The position numbers and the translations under genes are program-made. From a bacterium (GTDB taxonomy: Bacteria > UBA8248): DNA of 64,000 nt. Below, one piece after another: positions 58,027 to 64,000 of the stretch. The stretch is from contig OZ253442.1 of NCBI GenBank assembly GCA_965261085.1, forward strand, positions 3,680,001 through 3,744,000, read 5' to 3'. The notes under the pieces are model-generated. The model did not search any database. It had not been told where the DNA came from and saw only the letters and a program-made list of their open reading frames with translations. The number at the start of each line of letters is the position of its first letter. Position 1 is the stretch's first letter.

Positions 58027-58839
58027 TCACCCCCAGGCGGTCATCGTCGCCATCGGCGATGCGTCGGTTATGATTTCGACCTCGTGGCGGGAGAGCTTTG
58101 CGAAGGCGAGGCACATGGCGACCTCCTCCCAGCTGTCCCAGGTCCCGTGCTCCTCGCCCGTGGCGAGTTCGACCACGGTATAGCGCGGGGGATAGAGGGG
58201 CATTCCGCGGTGCTCGCCCGAGCACGCATAGGAGCGGTATGCGCAGGGCTCGCACCTCGCGGTTCCCTGCGCGGGTTCTCCGCAGTCGGTGCAAAGCCCT
58301 TGCGCCCGTAGTCGTGCGTAGCGCCCCCGGCGGGCGGCGTTCCTCTTCTCCCGGTCCCGTCCGTTTCCGGGCGCGGCGCAGGAGCCGCAAAGCGAGGCGC
58401 CCGAGGCCGGCCCCCCGCAGCGTCCGCACAGGCCGGCGGCTCTCCGCGCGGCGTACAACTCCCGCTCGTCCGCGCGCCTCGCCTCGCGGCAGGGTTCACA
58501 GACGGCGCCGCCCTCTACGGGGAGACGGTTCCCGCAGGACGTACACATCCCGGCTTCGCGGCGTTCGCGCCTGCGCAACCTGTTCCTCTCCCGCGCCATC
58601 CGGCGGCGGCTCTCAGGCTCCCGGCCGCCGTAGGGCCTGCCTACGGTCTTTCCCTTCGCGTAGCGGGCGCGTTCGGAGGTCCGCCGTCTCTCGCGACAGG
58701 GTACACACACGCTGCGGCCGGGCGCGGGTCGGTGTTTCCCGCACCTGGGGCACAGGCCCCGCGCGCGGCGTTCGGCGGTGCGTTTGCGGTGACGTTCACG
58801 TTCATAGGCGCGGGCCTTCCCGGGGTCCATATGGGGCAT
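58027..58839 (-). CDS. Arg-rich protein with four CxxC-x~10-CxxC zinc-ribbon repeats
   Basis: GLCPRCG..VCVPC, GMCTSCG..VCEPC, GLCGRCG..LCGSC, GLCTDCG..RCEPC; GGAG RBS. Confidence 0.75.
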   Translation of the reverse strand: MPHMDPGKARAYERERHRKRTAERRARGLCPRCGKHRPAPGRSVCVPCRERRRTSERARYAKGKTVGRPYGGREPESRRRMARERNRLRRRERREAGMCTSCGNRLPVEGGAVCEPCREARRADERELYAARRAAGLCGRCGGPASGASLCGSCAAPGNGRDREKRNAARRGRYARLRAQGLCTDCGEPAQGTARCEPCAYRSYACSGEHRGMPLYPPRYTVVELATGEEHGTWDSWEEVAMCLAFAKLSRHEVEIITDASPMATMTAWG

Positions 58840-58928
58840 ATTCGATCTCCTCCCTCCGGCAGTTAGAATACAGACGGCATCCGGTCGGCGCGTGGCCGGC
58901 GGGACGTCCCCCTGGGGGGAACTTCACC

Positions 58929-59240
58929 TCAGCGCTGCCTGCGTTCACCAAAAAGACCCGATGCTGCGTCCCCCCAGTACTGTACGCCCGAGGCCTCGAG
59001 GTTCAGGGCCGTGCAGACGATGATCTCATCGCGCGCAGGACGCATCTGCCGGACTGTTCTCCGCGAGGCGGTCTCGCGCTTCATCCCCCGCCGGCTCCTC
59101 CCCGCAGACCCCCCGGCGGGCAAGGGACGTATGTCGCCGTCGTCGATCGAGCGGAAGCGCTCGACGACGTATCGCTCGTCTTCGAGGCCACGGCCGAAGG
59201 TGTGGGTGAGGAAGGTGCTCGCTTCCCTGGTCTTTTGCAT
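58929..59240 (-). CDS. Hypothetical protein
   Basis: AAGGAG RBS before MQKTREAS; co-oriented with neighbours. Confidence 0.35.
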   Translation of the reverse strand: MQKTREASTFLTHTFGRGLEDERYVVERFRSIDDGDIRPLPAGGSAGRSRRGMKRETASRRTVRQMRPARDEIIVCTALNLEASGVQYWGDAASGLFGERRQR

Positions 59241-59353
59241 CGGCAAGTCTCCTTGTTGTGGGTGGTTGCGTAAGGCAGAGAACACTCTCCCGGACGTCCT
59301 TCCGCCGCCCCCCTCCCGGCCAGACTCTGCCTCTCCGGGGCGCCGGGCGGGGA

Positions 59354-59686
59354 TCAGGGAGCCGGATCGTGGCCGTGAAGCTCCTGTTCCTCCTGGTCTC
59401 GGCGCCAGGCGTAGCGGCCGGTCCGGATCGCCCAGTCGAACCGCTCGCCGTTATCTTCGGGGAGTTCGTAGCGGTTGAGGCTGGACCAGTCCCCATGGCG
59501 GAACCCTCGCCACAGGACGCACGCGAGCGCCGTGAGGAGACTCCACAGCGCCGCACCGAACCAGACGCCGCCTATCAGGCAGGCGCCTGTCCCACAGCCA
59601 AGGGAGAAGACGGTGAAGAGAAGGGCGAGGGCGGGTCCCGCCAGGACGAAGACCCGGGCCGCAACGGATGGATTGTGGTTCGTCAT
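59354..59686 (-). CDS. Hypothetical 2-TM membrane protein
   Basis: GGAGG RBS; two hydrophobic segments. Confidence 0.55.
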   Translation of the reverse strand: MTNHNPSVAARVFVLAGPALALLFTVFSLGCGTGACLIGGVWFGAALWSLLTALACVLWRGFRHGDWSSLNRYELPEDNGERFDWAIRTGRYAWRRDQEEQELHGHDPAP

Positions 59687-60080
59687 GCGTCGTTCCTCCG
59701 GGGTCGCGGGCAAAGGGCTCGCGGGTGTCGCCCGGCCTCTCCGGCCCAGGCTCCCGCGCCCACGCCGCCTCCCTTCTCGGCCTCCCGGCGAACCACCGCG
59801 GGGGCGCGTCGCCGGATGCGGTCCTGAGCGCACCGCCATGCCGATTTCTCTTGCGGTTTTCATGTGGGTATGTTCGAATCGGCGCGATTTCAACGGAACT
59901 GGAACGGCGGTACGCTGTACTCTGGCGAATGCAACCCATACCGGGCGGCCATTCGAGTGATGAGCGATCAGACGGACAAGGAGAAAGGCGATCCTTATTG
60001 GAACCACACGAGGGGCGCGGGGTCGCGGCCCGAACGAACCCTCCCTGCTCTCCCGATGCGGGCTCCTCTTCGCCGTCCTC

Positions 60081-60821
60081 GTGCTGTGGTCCGCCGCGCC
60101 GGCGGGATTCGGCCACGCCGCCCCGGCCGGCGGCTTCTACCTGCGGGCAGGCGCCGGTATCGAGCGGGCGGCCGATACCCGGTTCACGGACGAGGACTGC
60201 GCCTCCACTTCCCCGGCGGCGCTCTACGGCTGCGGGACGGGGGGCGACGGCGCGCCCTACCGCTCTGCCGGGGATTTCGGGACGGCGACCGCCCTCGAAC
60301 TCGGGCTCGGCTACGCCGCCGCGCCGGCGGTGAGACTCGAGGTCCTGGTCGAATACCGCCCGCGCTTCGCCTTCGGTGGCCGCGCCAACTTCCTGGAGCC
60401 GGAACGCTTACAGTCGGTGAAAGCGGATATCTCCTCCCTCTCCGGAATGCTCGCCGCTTACCTCGACCTGCCGGGGACCGGTTCCTTCAGGCCGTTCATC
60501 GGCGCGGGCCTGGGCGCTGTCCGCACCCGTATCGGCGAGACGCGCATGACCTTTCCAAAGACGACGACCGTAGTGCCGGGAGGAAGTCGGACCGGTCTCG
60601 CCTGGATGCTGACGGCGGGGGTCGCAAAGGCGCTGGCCGAGAGAGCGACGCTCGACCTCGCCTGGCGCTACACGGACTTAGGCGCCACCCGCACCGGCAG
60701 GGGCATGGGCCGGGTGGTCTGGCGTGACGAGAGCCGTGAGCCGCTACCGCTCGACCTCGCCGCGACGCGAGCGAAGCTCACGAGCCACGGGCTCAGGCTT
60801 TCCCTGCGCTACTCGTTCTGA
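60081..60821 (+). CDS. Opacity/porin-like outer-membrane beta-barrel
   Basis: GFYL..G.G, R.EV..EY, PFIGAGLG, LAW.L.AG, LDL.WRY.DLG, terminal LRYSF; start uncertain. Confidence 0.8.
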   Translation: MLWSAAPAGFGHAAPAGGFYLRAGAGIERAADTRFTDEDCASTSPAALYGCGTGGDGAPYRSAGDFGTATALELGLGYAAAPAVRLEVLVEYRPRFAFGGRANFLEPERLQSVKADISSLSGMLAAYLDLPGTGSFRPFIGAGLGAVRTRIGETRMTFPKTTTVVPGGSRTGLAWMLTAGVAKALAERATLDLAWRYTDLGATRTGRGMGRVVWRDESREPLPLDLAATRAKLTSHGLRLSLRYSF

Positions 60822-60830
60822 GGTGGTGAT

Positions 60831-62003
60831 GTGATGCGTTACGTGTACATGATCGGCTGTCTCGCGGGGCTTCTGCTGAACTGCGCGTGGTCAGGCTCTG
60901 CCGCCGCCGACCGCAACTTCTCGCAGCACCCCGGGTTCGCCGAGTATTTCGCGGCCAACCCTCCGGCCGACGCAGCCGGTCTGGCCGATCAAGCCCTGGC
61001 CCGCCGCCACGCGCCGCGCTTCCACCTGCCCGCCGGCCACGAAGGTCCCATCGACTTCTACCGCGACTACATCGCCCACGGTTACCTGATAACGGGCGAC
61101 GGCGTTCGCATCGAAGGCCCCACCGCCAGTGACCTGAACCGCTACCGCGACGACGTCCGCGCCGAGTTCACACACGTGCCGGGCGGGGTCGAGCCCCGGC
61201 CCGTCGTCTACGGCGCGGTGGAGCGCACAGGCCTGTGGGCGCCGGAGGAACCGGACCGGCCGGCCGAGGAATTCACCGTCCTCACCTACCACCTGGTGTT
61301 CCGGGTGAGCGGCCTGCCGGCGGGGTTGTCCCTGGCCGCGGCCATCCCGCTTCGGCTGGTGGCGGACCTCGACGACTGGCACCAGCTCGACCACTACACC
61401 GCCGCGTTCGTGGTCCTGGCCGCGGATGGGCGTCCCGTCGCCTTGACCCTGCAGCAGCACAACTACCTGCGCACCTACCTGATCGGCGAGTCGGTGGAGC
61501 TCGGGCCCGACGGACGCTTCGACATCGACGTGGCCATCCGCTCGAACGAGCTTTACCCCCACGTTCCGGGACGGACGGTGCGCCGGGCGGTGCGGTTTCT
61601 GGACCATGACGCCAGGGCCTTCATGATGGGTTTCGGCAAGCGGCCGATGATGTCGGCGGACGACATCACCGACCCGGACCGCACCGTCGACTACGAGTTC
61701 GCCTTCCTCCCCGGCTCCGACGCCTTCTACTCGTTCCACGGCTTCCTCGGCGAGCGCCGCCGTTTGCCCGGCCGCGACGGCCCACCCGGGGCCCGCTACA
61801 ACACCCTGCCCGAGCTCAAGCCCCTGCCCGCGCAGATCCTCGACGGTTACTGGCGCGAGGGGAACGAGGGCGACTGGGCGCGGTATCAGAACAGCCGGGA
61901 GAACGGCTCCGGCCCGGCCGGCTTCGCGCGAGCGCAGGCGGCAGTGTTCCATCGCAACCTCGGCTGCCTGCGCCGGGAGCGCAAAGGCTGCGCGTTAGAG
62001 TAG
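60831..62003 (+). CDS. Secreted hypothetical protein
   Basis: Signal peptide, strong GC3 bias, co-transcribed with the beta-barrel gene. Confidence 0.65.
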   Translation: MMRYVYMIGCLAGLLLNCAWSGSAAADRNFSQHPGFAEYFAANPPADAAGLADQALARRHAPRFHLPAGHEGPIDFYRDYIAHGYLITGDGVRIEGPTASDLNRYRDDVRAEFTHVPGGVEPRPVVYGAVERTGLWAPEEPDRPAEEFTVLTYHLVFRVSGLPAGLSLAAAIPLRLVADLDDWHQLDHYTAAFVVLAADGRPVALTLQQHNYLRTYLIGESVELGPDGRFDIDVAIRSNELYPHVPGRTVRRAVRFLDHDARAFMMGFGKRPMMSADDITDPDRTVDYEFAFLPGSDAFYSFHGFLGERRRLPGRDGPPGARYNTLPELKPLPAQILDGYWREGNEGDWARYQNSRENGSGPAGFARAQAAVFHRNLGCLRRERKGCALE

Positions 62004-62157
62004 CGGCGTGAGCGACTTCCCCCGACCCCTTCCTACGCCTGTATCGCCGTTCCCACCACCCGGGTACAGGGTGGCGCCCGGCAGGTCGTTGAAGACGGTG
62101 ACCAGGTGGCCGGCGGCGACGGGTTCGCGATTGAGCTTATGGAAGATGATGGGCTGC

Positions 62158-62241
62158 ACGGTCGATACCGTCATCGCCGCGATGGAGGCAAACACCCCGA
62201 TTCAACCAACCAGAAGACGCTCTACGTCGAGATCAGCCGCC
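62158..62241 (+). pseudogene. Remnant of a MOBF relaxase C-terminus
   Basis: Near-identical to about 40874-40957 (TVDTVIAAMEAN...TNQKTLYVEISR), with a frameshift. Confidence 0.8.
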
Positions 62242-62249
62242 CCCGGCGC

Positions 62250-62423
62250 CTACAGCAGGTCTTCGGCTATGCTCGCGGCGACCCGCTCGGCGGACTCGCG
62301 CACCGAATCGCGCGCGAGATGCGCATAGCGTGAGGTGGTCTCGATCCGGGCGTGGCCCAGGAGTTTGCCTATCACGGTGAGTCCCTCGCCCAGCGCGAGA
62401 GCCCTCGAGGCAAACGAATGGCA
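62250..62423 (-). pseudogene. Remnant of a tyrosine integrase C-terminus
   Basis: CHSFASRALALGEGLTVIGKLLGHARIETTSRYAHLARDSVRESAERVAASIAEDLL*, paralogous to the end of 62652-63830. Confidence 0.85.
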
Positions 62424-62651
62424 CAGTTAATGTATAAAATCAGCCTGTTAGACATTGGTGCGAATGTCATGTCAATTATATGATAAATATATGTAATAAT
62501 TGATGTTGTATATTATTTTGCACCTTCTCCGCTCTTGCATCTGCGACAACAACAGACTAAAATAGCCATGGATTTGACCTCAGTCGGTTGCGGATTGATG
62601 ACGGTTTTGTAATCCGATCGGCAGCGCGAAGGACCGTATGGAGACATTCCC

Positions 62652-63830
62652 ATGGCCCGGAAGGATGCGGTCAAGCTCAGCAAACGAGTCGTCGACGCAC
62701 TCACGGTCAAAGACGGGGACGCCGTCTTCTGGGACCGGGAACTGCCCGGTTTCGGGTTGCGGGTCTACACCGGCGGCCGCAAGGTCTACGTCGTACAGAC
62801 GCGGGGGCCGTCCGGTGGACCGAGGCGCGCCTCCATCGGCCGGCACGGGGACATATCCGCCGAGGAAGCGCGGCGTGAGGCCGCCGTGGTGATCGACCGC
62901 ATCAAGCGGGGCGAGGACCCGCATCCTCCACCTCCCGCACCGGAACCGACGGTGGCCGATCTGGCCGAGCGCTACATCCAGTCGCATGTAGAGGTGAACT
63001 GCCGGCCGAACACCGTGGAAGTGTTCCGGCGGGTGGTCAAACTATACATCGCGCCGGAACTGGGAGCACTCGCGCTCTCCGCGGTGGGACGCTCCCATGT
63101 CTCGGCCCTCCACTACAAGCTCCGGGACAAGCCCTACCAGGCGAACCAGACGGTGAGCGTGCTGGCGAAGATGTTCAAGCTCGCCGAGGCCTGGGGCATG
63201 ACGCCGCCGGGGCGGAACCCTTGCCGCTCGGTGCGTCGCTACAGGGAACGGCGCCGCGAACGGTTCCTGACGCCCGAGGAATACCGGCGGCTGGGAGAGG
63301 TGCTGGACGAGGCCGAGAGGGACGGTTCGGTGCTCGCCTCGGGGGTCGCGGCTCTCCGCCTCCTGTTGCTGACCGGATGCCGGAAGAACGAGATCGTGAC
63401 GCTGCGGTGGGACGACGTGGACCGCACGGCGGGCGAGTTCAGGCTCGCCGATGCGAAGACGGGCGCGCGGCGGGTTCCGCTGACGCCGGCGGTGGAGGCG
63501 GTGCTCGCCGGGGTTCCGCGCCTTCCCGGCAACCCCTGGGTCATCACCGGCCAGAATCCGGGAGATCATCTCAAGAACCTGGACGGCATCTGGCTCAAGC
63601 TCAGGGCGCGCGCCGGGCTCGGGGGCGTCCGCATCCACGACTGCCGTCACAGCTACGCGTCGAGGGCGCTGGCCCTCGGCGAGGGGCTACCGATGATCGG
63701 CAAGCTGCTGGGCCACCACAAGGTCACGACGACGGCGCGGTACGCGCACCTCGCGCGCGATACCGAGAAGGCGTCCGCCGTGAAGGTCGGCGGCAGCATC
63801 GGGGCGGACGTTCTGAACGGCTCCACGTAA
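62652..63830 (+). CDS. Tyrosine recombinase/integrase with N-terminal arm-binding domain
   Basis: WD.ELPGFGLRV..GGRK; catalytic GCR, AKTG, HDCRH, GH, RYAH. Confidence 0.95.
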   Translation: MARKDAVKLSKRVVDALTVKDGDAVFWDRELPGFGLRVYTGGRKVYVVQTRGPSGGPRRASIGRHGDISAEEARREAAVVIDRIKRGEDPHPPPPAPEPTVADLAERYIQSHVEVNCRPNTVEVFRRVVKLYIAPELGALALSAVGRSHVSALHYKLRDKPYQANQTVSVLAKMFKLAEAWGMTPPGRNPCRSVRRYRERRRERFLTPEEYRRLGEVLDEAERDGSVLASGVAALRLLLLTGCRKNEIVTLRWDDVDRTAGEFRLADAKTGARRVPLTPAVEAVLAGVPRLPGNPWVITGQNPGDHLKNLDGIWLKLRARAGLGGVRIHDCRHSYASRALALGEGLPMIGKLLGHHKVTTTARYAHLARDTEKASAVKVGGSIGADVLNGST

Positions 63831-63843
63831 GGGAGAAGGGATA

Positions 63844-64000
63844 TGGCGAGGTTTGAGACGAAGACGATCTCGAGGCGCACGGTGGAGACGCTCGCGGTCG
63901 AGAAGGACACGGTGTTCTGGGACAGCGAACTGAGCGGTTTCGGGGTACGGGTCTACCCGTCGGGGAGCAAGTACTACGTGGTGCAGACCCGAGCGGGCGG
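63844..64000 (+). CDS. Second tandem tyrosine integrase, N-terminal part
   Basis: MARFETKTISRRTVETL..EKDTVFWDSELSGFGVRVYPSGSKYYVVQTR. Confidence 0.85.

Larger units (their letters stand above)
19600..64000. mobile_element. Mosaic integrative/mobilisable genomic island (left edge approximate, right end beyond window)
   Basis: MOBF relaxase, coupling protein, oriT-like sites, ssb, tyrosine integrases, IS66, defence and adhesin cargo, patchy GC content. Confidence 0.75.

Noticed and set aside
62430-62520. dif/pdif-like site in the AT-rich spacer before the integrase
   Set aside because: No convincing XerC/XerD 11-6-11 match.

Overview
GC-rich bacterial DNA in two parts. About 1-19.5 kb is chromosomal backbone: aminopeptidases, endonuclease III, a six-gene catabolic cluster, a TacAT-like toxin-antitoxin pair, a CocE hydrolase, tRNA-Val(TAC), a DUF3800 gene preceded by a structured small-RNA leader, and a nonsense-interrupted MmeI-like RM gene. 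This part is strewn with nested MITE/REP-like repeats. From about 19.6 kb to beyond the window end lies a mosaic integrative/mobilisable island. It holds a complete IS66-family element (15-bp TIRs, 8-bp TSD) with a DUF4338 passenger, lipoproteins, and a 2.3-kaa autotransporter adhesin with a metazoan-type SRCR domain downstream of a (GCCTCAA)27 VNTR at its predicted transcription start. It also holds a TrwB/TrwC (MOBF) mobilisation module, a defence cluster (CapH/CapP-regulated CBASS with an E2-SEC-C partner and a 2TM-SAVED effector, AbiE, an Olokun-like pair), a leading region (ssb, DUF2493, unknown ORFs) and tandem tyrosine integrases. Most notable inferences: (1) two directly oriented F-type oriT-like sites, each with its own RHH gene and GTATGC-N5-GCATAC boxes, bracket the defence cluster; (2) a promoter-sRNA-terminator-DUF3800 unit looks like a type III-like toxin-antitoxin system; (3) four inverted-repeat-bounded modules partition the island. 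All protein calls come from motif recognition by eye; no database searches were run.
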